From Firmicutes bacterium ADurb.Bin080 (GTDB taxonomy: Bacteria > Bacillota > Clostridia > Christensenellales > DTU072): a DNA stretch of 64,000 nt. Position 1 is the stretch's first letter. Every line of letters begins with the position of its first letter. The DNA lies in assembly GCA_002070965.1 (NCBI GenBank), contig MWEH01000193.1, positions 245 to 64,244 of the forward strand, in the 5' to 3' direction. This document shows, one piece after another, positions 57,481 to 64,000 of this stretch. Below the pieces are notes generated by a model. The model made no database searches, was not told where the DNA came from, and saw nothing but the letters and a program-made list of their open reading frames with translations. The position numbers and the translations under genes were made by a program.

Positions 57481-59085
57481 TTAAAGCTCATATGCTACAT
57501 ATTCTTCTGCAATCTGAGGTCTTGAACCAGGGCCACCCGAAGCAGACAGAGTTTCAATTGATGGCAGAGGAACTTTTGTTATTTCAGAATACACAACTTC
57601 TGAGGTAATCCCTGCCAAGCCCCCGGCGTATACCCCTCCCGCGCTTCTGATTTCAATAATAGCTTCTATAGTAATTCCACGAAAAGCCATTTCCCATACA
57701 GTACTATTCTCTGCTCTACCTGAAAAACCACCTGCATGGAGGTTGCAACTTCCAGATCTAATATACATTTCTCCGAAATATCCTGAGTTTATCATCCCGT
57801 GATTAATAACGATCCCGAATATACCTCCAGCAGAAATAGTGATTCCGTCGCCCCCACCCTTAACATCTATATTGATGTCACTATAGCTGTATAGTTTCTT
57901 TCCTGTGTCAAGTGCCTCTATTATCACTGAGGGGGCATATTCTTTCTCGAGACTTCCGGATATTCCTCCAGCTGCGATACCGCTAATATCATTTTCATCA
58001 CTAATCTCGACATTAACTTCCCCCAAAGAATAGCATAGTTCAAATGTGACATTTTTTGAGATACCCGATATTCCACCCACAAAAATATAACCATTACCTG
58101 TTGCATGTAAATCAACATCAGTTTGACAATAACTAACCTCATTGACAATATCAGTATTTCTTATCCTAGCTGAACAAGATGTATCCCCAAGCAAGCCTCC
58201 AAGAGCATATAACCCCTCGTTACTACCAGTTTCAAGATTTATTATGCCAGTCGAAATACAGTACGTTATTTCAGTGTTATAAGCCCTATCTGCGAGCGTT
58301 CCGAAATATGAACTCTCCGAAGAGGAATAACAATCCGCCGAAAACTTATCCAATGTTAACGAAGAAATAAATGCATTTTCGGGGAATGTAAATAATCCGG
58401 ATTTGTCCCCTGAAAATCTAAGGTTACTGATTTTTTTATGATTTCCATAGTATTTTCCGGAAAACCCTTCGATTTGTAGAGTTTCGCCGACCATATCGAT
58501 ATCTTCTGTTTGTATATAGATTTCCTGACTTCCCGGGAGTATCGACATAAGTTCTTCTTTTGAAGTAATATAAACAGAAGATTCAACAGTTGTAATAGAT
58601 ATTTTGCATATCAATTCTCCATTTGATTTAAACTCCACTGTACTCACTCTTCCTGGGGTTCTTAATTCTTCGTTCTCAGAAAAATATATCCTCAAATCGC
58701 TCCCAACCATCGGGCCTTCGTCCCCTGAGTAAACAATATCCAGACTCGAATAATCCCTATTCCCCAACCACGACGAGTCGATAACGTATCCATTTTCATC
58801 GCTAATATCAATTGCATAACTATACTCTTTTCTAATTGGGATTGAGTAATCATTCTCGGGATCGGTATCTTGTGGATATAAATACTTGACAATCAATATT
58901 GTGGTAACAACAACGATTGCGACAAAAACAACTGAAACAATAGAAATAATAAGAACTTGTTTTTTGGAAATTCTGCTATGCTTCTTTTCCTTGGGAGTAA
59001 TTGAAACATCTTCCTTAGGACAATCTTTCGCCTTAGGCAAATTATTCTCATCAATAATCTGGGGATTGGTTTGTTTCTTGTCCAC
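57481..59085 (-). CDS. Type II membrane-anchored GLUG-repeat protein (534 aa)
   Basis: GTG start. Lys-rich cytoplasmic N-terminus, then a single TM (VLIISIVSVVFVAIVVVTTILIV). Repeated GGISG/AGGIFG/AGGFSG/AGGLAG units like the 1962-aa protein. Confidence 0.8.
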   Translation of the reverse strand: MDKKQTNPQIIDENNLPKAKDCPKEDVSITPKEKKHSRISKKQVLIISIVSVVFVAIVVVTTILIVKYLYPQDTDPENDYSIPIRKEYSYAIDISDENGYVIDSSWLGNRDYSSLDIVYSGDEGPMVGSDLRIYFSENEELRTPGRVSTVEFKSNGELICKISITTVESSVYITSKEELMSILPGSQEIYIQTEDIDMVGETLQIEGFSGKYYGNHKKISNLRFSGDKSGLFTFPENAFISSLTLDKFSADCYSSSESSYFGTLADRAYNTEITYCISTGIINLETGSNEGLYALGGLLGDTSCSARIRNTDIVNEVSYCQTDVDLHATGNGYIFVGGISGISKNVTFELCYSLGEVNVEISDENDISGIAAGGISGSLEKEYAPSVIIEALDTGKKLYSYSDINIDVKGGGDGITISAGGIFGIVINHGMINSGYFGEMYIRSGSCNLHAGGFSGRAENSTVWEMAFRGITIEAIIEIRSAGGVYAGGLAGITSEVVYSEITKVPLPSIETLSASGGPGSRPQIAEEYVAYEL

Positions 59086-59142
59086 TCTACTTAACTGTCC
59101 TTATGTCCAACTCTTAAAAAATGATGTAAACGAATTGTACAT

Positions 59143-59171
59143 ATTATATAATAATACGTGCGCGCAATCAA
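59143..59171 (-). promoter_or_regulatory. Putative promoter of the 534-aa GLUG gene (and downstream glycosidases)
   Basis: Minus strand TTGATT (59166-59171), 17 nt, TATAAT (59143-59148). Predicted 5' UTR about 50 nt. Confidence 0.5.
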
Positions 59172-59181
59172 GGTAATTGTA

Positions 59182-59195
59182 TTCCCTTAAAATTG
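59182..59195 (-). promoter_or_regulatory. 14-nt motif CAATTTTAAGGGAA, 10 nt upstream of the -35
   Basis: Identical to 30040-30053 upstream of the 3945-aa gene promoter. Confidence 0.45.
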
Positions 59196-59392
59196 TCGCA
59201 TATGTGTTTATATTTTCTATAAAACCAACTGGCTAACACGTCACTACCCCTCACATCATCCAATGAAATAACCCCTGATTTCATTAAATTTCGCTAGCCT
59301 AATTACAAAATGTGTTTTTGGTAATATTATATTATTATAAAAAATAGGTATCAATATATATATTTTGGGTTGCCCTTTTCGATATTTTTTAT

Positions 59393-59422
59393 AAAAAAAC
59401 AGAGACTGGAACCAGCCTCTGT
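59393..59422 (-). terminator. Rho-independent terminator after tRNA-Ser
   Basis: Minus strand ACAGAGGCTGG/CCAGTCTCTGT inverted repeat followed by TTTTTTT, starting 3 nt after the tRNA CCA. Confidence 0.8.
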
Positions 59423-59425
59423 TTG

Positions 59426-59517
59426 TGGCGGAGAGAGTGGGATTCGAACCCACGGAGCTATTCCTAGCTCACACGATTTCGAGTCGTGCGCGATCGACCG
59501 GACTCTGCCATCTCTCC
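59426..59517 (-). tRNA. tRNA-Ser (anticodon CGA), class II, CCA encoded
   Basis: The reverse complement folds by hand. Acceptor GGAGAGA/TCTCTCC. Anticodon arm CACGA-CTCGAAA-TCGTG. Long variable arm GAGCTA-ggaa-TAGCTC. T arm GTGGG-TTCGAAT-CCCAC. Discriminator G, then CCA. Confidence 0.92.
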
Positions 59518-59528
59518 ATGACTTATCC

Positions 59529-59556
59529 ATAATACAATATTAGCGCATCCTTGTAA
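59529..59556 (-). promoter_or_regulatory. Putative promoter of tRNA-Ser
   Basis: Minus strand TTACAA (59551-59556), 16 nt, TATTAT (59529-59534), 11 nt upstream of the mature 5' end. Confidence 0.45.
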
Positions 59557-59666
59557 AATCTTTTTAAATTTCTTACTACTCCAACTATCTTTCCTCTTTA
59601 TTTAATTATGTAGCAAGTGTATAGTAATCCTACAATATCTAAATGCCTAACTAGTTGTTGATAATC

Positions 59667-59695
59667 TTGTCTATACATATATCATGTGTTATACT
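59667..59695 (+). promoter_or_regulatory. Putative extended -10 promoter of the TIGR00725-like gene
   Basis: TTGTCT (59667-59672), 17 nt, TATACT (59690-59695), with TG at -15/-14. Confidence 0.45.
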
Positions 59696-59725
59696 AAATA
59701 AAAATTTGCTTACAGAGAGGTTTTC

Positions 59726-60292
59726 ATGCGAAAAATTATTGCAGTAATTGGAAATTCCAAAGCCCCGGAAGGATCTAAAAATTATGACATAGCTTTTTTA
59801 CTAGGGAAGCTAATTGTTGATAATGGTTACAGATTACAATGCGGAGGGCTAAACGGAGTGATGGGTGCTGCTTGCAAGGGAGCACATTCTTCAAATAAAT
59901 ATACCGAGGGAGATGTAATTGGAATTCTCCCGGGATTTAATACAAGTGAAGCTAACGAATACATCGATATTCCTATAGCGACAGGTTTAGACCTATATAG
60001 AAATGTTATTGTTGCTAATGCAAATGCTGTTATTGCTGTAGGAGGTGCTGCAGGAACTCTCTCCGAAATCGCAAATGCCTGGGCTTTAAAGAAGTTGATT
60101 GTAGCCATGAGTTCTTCTGAAGGCTGGGCTGCAAAGGTCGCAGGAAAGCCTCTTGATGATAGAGTCAGATATCCGGACATCCCCGATGATAAGATTTATA
60201 CTGCTGAAAATCCCGAAGAAGCTTTATATATTATTAACCAAAATCTGAAAAAATATGAGGGATCCTACACAAGAATTACCCCACATAATTGA
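59726..60292 (+). CDS. TIGR00725/LOG-like (SLOG Rossmann-fold) family protein
   Basis: IAVIGNS..., QCGGLNGVMGAACKGA, IGILPG and AVGGAAGTLSEIANAW pattern of the TIGR00725 / lysine-decarboxylase-like family. GAGAGG RBS. Confidence 0.75.
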   Translation: MRKIIAVIGNSKAPEGSKNYDIAFLLGKLIVDNGYRLQCGGLNGVMGAACKGAHSSNKYTEGDVIGILPGFNTSEANEYIDIPIATGLDLYRNVIVANANAVIAVGGAAGTLSEIANAWALKKLIVAMSSSEGWAAKVAGKPLDDRVRYPDIPDDKIYTAENPEEALYIINQNLKKYEGSYTRITPHN

Positions 60293-60422
60293 GCCGAGAA
60301 TATTTTTTACACTATTATTTACATCTTGATTATGCCTTCACCCTTCCACACAATAAGTAATTAATTGAACTTATCACTCCTTTGTTATATAATTAAAATA
60401 CGTAAACTTTATTGAGGTATAA

Positions 60423-61451
60423 ATGCGCAACCTTGCCGAACAAAAGAGAGTAGTAGTTCCAGTTATATGGGCGTTTGCTATGGCGGTATTATTTGCCATA
60501 TTTTTTCTTGTATTTTTCTGGAATTATTTCGTAATTAACGCCTCACTTTTTGGATATCGCACATACGATTTTATGGATGTCACAAAAGAGTTTGAATATG
60601 ATGATATTGATGAGGGAGAATTTATGCGTAGCGTTGAAAAAGGCAGCAAGATTCTCTTAAAAGAATACAATCCCGAATTAGATGAACTCCAGAAAAATGA
60701 TATATTCGCTTATTATGTTACCGAGAACACCGTAAATAGAGTAGTTACTCAAATATTTGTTAGTTCAGAAACTGATATAGATGGTCAAACCATATACACT
60801 TCACACAATATTGACGATATGACCCTCAACACTTACACGATTGATTCAGGCAAGTTACTAGGTAAATGGGTTGCTCCAATTCCTTACCTCGGATATGCAA
60901 CCTTCTATTTGACTTATTTTAGCTGGCTATCATATGTATCTCTGGCCGTCCTAGCTTTGATAATGGTTGGAATCCCAGTAATTGTTGCTATACATCGTGC
61001 AAGAATGAAAAAAATTGGAAGTCCTTTCCCAGAGGGAGTAAATGTAAATAGGTTGTCGACTGAAAACCTATATATTTACGAGAACATTAAGAGTTTTGTA
61101 AAAAGTGGAGGAATGAGAGTCGAAAAAGGATATGATGCAGATTTAGTATACATTGGCAAATATCTTTTTGGCATTCTTCATTGTACAAATGGCCATATGT
61201 ATTTTAATATAAACAAAAACTTTCAACGCTATGATGACCATATTGACCGTTCTGGATACATATGCATACCCCACTCAGCTTACCTAGAGAAGGCTCGCAA
61301 GCGAATTAATAGTATGTATCGAGCATATTTCCTTGACACCGCTAGACAAGTAAGAACAGCTGGGATGGTCCCGCCAAGACGTCCTGCGCCAAGAATTACG
61401 CATGCTGATATAGAATTCCAAAGGCCAAGAGTTCAAGGGACAAGACGATAA
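60423..61451 (+). CDS. Membrane protein with a SipW-type (S26B) signal-peptidase-like fold lacking catalytic residues, plus a cytoplasmic C-terminal domain
   Basis: TM1, then LFGY..GSKILLKEY..LQKNDIFAY..VNRVV..TSHNIDD..LLGKWVAPIPYLGY, then TM2. This is colinear with the recalled SipW pattern (VFGY..SGSMEP..GDVITF..THRIV..TKGDNN..LPYAGY, TM), but SGSMEP is EGEFMR and THR is VNR. About 150 further residues follow. Confidence 0.45.
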   Translation: MRNLAEQKRVVVPVIWAFAMAVLFAIFFLVFFWNYFVINASLFGYRTYDFMDVTKEFEYDDIDEGEFMRSVEKGSKILLKEYNPELDELQKNDIFAYYVTENTVNRVVTQIFVSSETDIDGQTIYTSHNIDDMTLNTYTIDSGKLLGKWVAPIPYLGYATFYLTYFSWLSYVSLAVLALIMVGIPVIVAIHRARMKKIGSPFPEGVNVNRLSTENLYIYENIKSFVKSGGMRVEKGYDADLVYIGKYLFGILHCTNGHMYFNINKNFQRYDDHIDRSGYICIPHSAYLEKARKRINSMYRAYFLDTARQVRTAGMVPPRRPAPRITHADIEFQRPRVQGTRR

Positions 61452-61501
61452 TATTTGCTTTAAGCCTACATCATATATAAAAATGTTTTGTATGAAAAAT
61501 T

Positions 61502-61534
61502 AGCCCTTCTCCAATGGAAAAGGGCTTTTATTTT
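61502..61534. terminator. Terminator hairpin between convergent genes
   Basis: AGCCCTT (61502-61508) / AAGGGCT (61520-61526) stem followed by TTTATTTT. Confidence 0.65.
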
Positions 61535-61582
61535 ATATTTCTTGAATATTCAACTTATTTAGGAATACAAAAGAGAAAAATT

Positions 61583-62161
61583 TCATTCCATTTCATCAAG
61601 AGACAATTCAAATCCCTCAATAAAGTTATCCATGAAGTACTGGACCTCCGGAAGACCAATGGAGTCAATTTTCTGTTTTATTGTTTTCTTTGCTTTTAAA
61701 AACTCTTTGTTGCCTGACTTTAACTCATCCAAGCACTTTATATATGCTGATATTTTATCAGCAGCGGAGACTAATTTATATTCAATCGTGTTTTTGTCTG
61801 GCTCGAGGATCTCTTTATATACTCCTCTAAGTTTCTCGGGAAGCATGGACAATAACTTATCGTTTGCAACCTTTTCCAAAGACTTGTATGCCGTCCTGAT
61901 CTCAACATTGAAATACTTTACAGGGGTAGGCAAATCTCCTGTTATAACCTCGTTTGCATCGTGAAATACTGCTAACTTAACACAATCGCCGGTATTTGCA
62001 TTCCCCTCGAAAATAACATTATTTATAACCCCAAGAATGTGGGCTATTTGAGCAACCTGCTCGGAATGCTCCATTATATTCTCTTTTATTGTGGAGTGCA
62101 TCAAGCTCCATCTCTCGATGAACTTCATCCTATTCAGATAAGAAAAAAAGTTATAACTCAT
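61583..62161 (-). CDS. yfbR: HD-domain 5'-deoxynucleotidase YfbR-like
   Basis: MSYNFFSYLNRMKFIERW.. N-terminus typical of YfbR. EHSEQVAQIAH and FHDANEVITGDLPTPVK (HD motif). Start set to the ATG at 62161 (GGGAGGA upstream), which removes the overlap with the DUF47 gene. Confidence 0.8.
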   Translation of the reverse strand: MSYNFFSYLNRMKFIERWSLMHSTIKENIMEHSEQVAQIAHILGVINNVIFEGNANTGDCVKLAVFHDANEVITGDLPTPVKYFNVEIRTAYKSLEKVANDKLLSMLPEKLRGVYKEILEPDKNTIEYKLVSAADKISAYIKCLDELKSGNKEFLKAKKTIKQKIDSIGLPEVQYFMDNFIEGFELSLDEME

Positions 62162-62174
62162 CAATCCTCCCTCA

Positions 62175-62783
62175 TTAAGACATTTTGACAATTATTCTCA
62201 GGAGAGTATCCATCGCAGCATCAGCAACATCTGCAGTTCGGTTTAAGTGACGATAAATTTCCCTGTATTTGAAAATCTTTCGATGATCTTCCTCATCGAA
62301 AAGAACCGCCAAAGATTTAGTTGCCATATCTCCGACCTTATTTTCGAGAGATTTAACAAATATTGCTTCATCCTGGGATATAGATCTATGTTTTTCCATA
62401 TGAGATATGGCCAGAATAATATGTTCGGTCATGTCTAAAAGAGTTCCGGTAAGTTCTATCATATTCTCATCTGGGACTACTCCATAAGCACGTATCTCAT
62501 CCACGGAGGTTTTTGCATAGTCTAGAATCTCATCAAGTTCACTACTTAGTTTGAACAGGTCTTCCCTATCCAGGGGTGTAATGAAAGTATTGTCAAGCTC
62601 ATCAGTTAAAATTCGCCTTGCCATATCTCCTTCTTCTTCAGTCATAATAACCTTTTGTGCCATACTTTCATCATGTGTAATACAAAACTCTTGGAGCTGT
62701 TTCATCCCTTTCGAGCAAATTTCAGCCTGTGCTAACAACATGTCATAAAAATTATCTCTTTTTTTATTTCTGAATTTCAGCAT
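62175..62783 (-). CDS. DUF47 (PhoU-like, TIGR00153) phosphate-transport-associated protein
   Basis: 202-aa helical protein with paired ..DELD../..D.AD.. motifs of the DUF47 family. Adjacent to a PiT transporter, as is usual. Confidence 0.75.
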   Translation of the reverse strand: MLKFRNKKRDNFYDMLLAQAEICSKGMKQLQEFCITHDESMAQKVIMTEEEGDMARRILTDELDNTFITPLDREDLFKLSSELDEILDYAKTSVDEIRAYGVVPDENMIELTGTLLDMTEHIILAISHMEKHRSISQDEAIFVKSLENKVGDMATKSLAVLFDEEDHRKIFKYREIYRHLNRTADVADAAMDTLLRIIVKMS

Positions 62784-62841
62784 TTTTCACCTCTTTTCTC
62801 TAAAACCTATATATTTGATAATCTCCCTATCCGCGATAAAT

Positions 62842-63873
62842 TTAAAATGGAATTCCCATAATGGCGGAAGTAATAACATAAATCAATGCGCCAATCATGC
62901 CTGAAATTGGAAGAGTTAACGTCCACCCAATAAGTATATTTCTAGCTTTCTTCCATTGAACGGCATTTACCCTATCAGCTGCCCCTGCTCCAATTATTGA
63001 AGCAGTCATTGCCTGTCCAACTCCCAGTGCTATACCAGTCATATTGCTTAATTCCGCGATTATGCTTGCCGTTAACTGGGCTGCGACCGAGTGAATTGGC
63101 TCAACCTTGAACAATTTTTTACCAGTGGTCAAAATAATATTTGTTCCACCAACTAGCATTCCAAGCATCATTGCTCCTGCAATTGAAATTACAATCCAAA
63201 CTGATACTCCCCCGCTAAAATTCATAATTCCCATTGCCGAAGCCATAAGTAGAATGCCTAAAGACTTTTGCCAATTATTTGAGGCGAATGAACCTGATAA
63301 AATAATAAAGTTAATTCTTTGCATCCATATTAATACGTTCCCTGCCCTTCTGCCAGGCGCTTTACTAGATATTTTCTTAATGAGTTTTAAAAGAAAAAAC
63401 CCAAGAATAAGAGCAACTAATGGGGCTAAAAAAACCATAGCAACAACATTTAGTAAAACGTACCCAGTCCAATTTACTGAGAAAAAGCCAATGCAAACTG
63501 AACCTGCTCCAATTATTCCTCCAAGTAGTGTATGCGAAATAGAAATTGGTAATTTCAAAAAGTATGATACAATCGCCCAAATCATTGCACCCAGTAGTCC
63601 TGCGAATAGGAAAGCAAACCCCATTTCCCCTGAGGGGAGGGCACCGATAAACATCTGCACACTTAATTTTTCAGCCACAATATTCGTTCCAATATAGAAA
63701 GCTCCTATTGGGACAATAAACTTGGTAATAGCTGCTATAAGAAGAGCCGTCTTAGGTTTTGTGGCCCGAGTAACAATCGTAGTCGATATTGCCAATGAAC
63801 CATCATTAAAGCCCATATACATAGTATAAGCCAGCACCATTGATAATATTAATATTCCCTGTAATCCTGTCAT
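62842..63873 (-). CDS. pit: Inorganic phosphate transporter, PiT (PHO4) family
   Basis: Polytopic membrane protein with an N-terminal GFNDGS and a C-terminal IGAGAADRV (PiT signature-like). Start set to the ATG at 63873 (MTGLQGIL..). Confidence 0.8.
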   Translation of the reverse strand: MTGLQGILILSMVLAYTMYMGFNDGSLAISTTIVTRATKPKTALLIAAITKFIVPIGAFYIGTNIVAEKLSVQMFIGALPSGEMGFAFLFAGLLGAMIWAIVSYFLKLPISISHTLLGGIIGAGSVCIGFFSVNWTGYVLLNVVAMVFLAPLVALILGFFLLKLIKKISSKAPGRRAGNVLIWMQRINFIILSGSFASNNWQKSLGILLMASAMGIMNFSGGVSVWIVISIAGAMMLGMLVGGTNIILTTGKKLFKVEPIHSVAAQLTASIIAELSNMTGIALGVGQAMTASIIGAGAADRVNAVQWKKARNILIGWTLTLPISGMIGALIYVITSAIMGIPF

Positions 63874-63935
63874 TTCAGCCACTCTAAAAAATAATACTGC
63901 CCCGCGCAAGCTTAGCGCGACACAGATGTTGTATT

Positions 63936-63964
63936 ATAATACAATAATTGTACTATCAAGTCAA
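63936..63964 (-). promoter_or_regulatory. Putative promoter of the PiT-DUF47-yfbR unit
   Basis: Minus strand TTGACT (63959-63964), 17 nt, TATTAT (63936-63941). The leader contains a CGCGC-aagctta-GCGCG hairpin (63903-63919). Confidence 0.45.
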
Positions 63965-64000
63965 TATAGGTAATTGTTTTAAAATTATAAGAATTGTAGG

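Noticed and set aside
59256-59453. 65-aa minus-strand ORF.
   Set aside because: It overlaps the 3' part of tRNA-Ser and its terminator hairpin. Its N-terminus (MGSNPTLSAT) is simply the translated tRNA T-arm/acceptor.
63107-63697. 196-aa plus-strand ORF, and many similar 60-130-aa ORFs in the track (e.g. 59827-60180, 61632-61964, 33893-34231, 27313-27651, 1044-1382, 4052-4438, 6670-7032).
   Set aside because: All lie antisense to or out of frame within long, well-supported genes. They have no RBS, and their low-complexity composition is typical of shadow ORFs in AT-rich DNA.
1-64000. CRISPR arrays, rRNA genes, prophage or integrase genes, toxin-antitoxin pairs and other compact defence systems.
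   Set aside because: No regularly spaced direct repeats with unique spacers were seen. No rRNA-like conserved stretches were seen. No ORF has recognisable integrase, Cas, restriction, TA or phage structural motifs.

Overview
Low-GC (roughly one-third G+C by eye), densely coding bacterial chromosome segment using the standard code: TGA is used as a stop and TGG encodes Trp. Gene content and order look Bacillota/Mollicutes-like (dnaX-ybaB-recR, RNase J, WhiA, DnaE). Both flanks are housekeeping. Left flank (1-17.7 kb): dnaX, ybaB, recR, rnj, serC-serA, whiA, dnaE, a HAD phosphatase and uvrC. Right flank (59.7-64 kb): a TIGR00725/LOG-like protein, a membrane protein, yfbR, and DUF47-PiT. Between a tRNA-Glu(CUC) at 17976-18050 and a tRNA-Ser(CGA) at 59426-59517 lies a 41-kb block of 16 genes, all on the minus strand. 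Four very large surface proteins dominate it (3945, 1237, 1962 and 534 aa), together about 23 kb or 36% of the window. They are built from Big_3-like Ig repeats, MBG-type (YDG/YG) repeats and GLUG repeats. They are anchored only by lipoboxes or transmembrane helices, with no cell-wall sorting signals. Interleaved with them are signal-peptide-less glycosidases (GH2 beta-galactosidase, GH20 hexosaminidase, a DUF4091/GH123-like enzyme), a GDPD/PHP phosphoesterase pair, citrate synthase, and an uncharacterised operon (aminotransferase, FGGY kinase, aldolase pair) that ends in a catalytically dead HUH/Y1-transposase-like protein carrying four HTH-like repeats. I see no CRISPR array, rRNA, integrase, reverse transcriptase or intact IS. 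The most unusual items are the giant adhesin-like lipoprotein, the domesticated transposase-like protein, the aminotransferase-for-isomerase sugar operon with a pseudo-aldolase partner, a 14-nt motif shared just upstream of the -35 of two surface-protein promoters, and an apparently inactive SipW-like peptidase homologue. All family assignments come from motif recognition by eye, not from searches.
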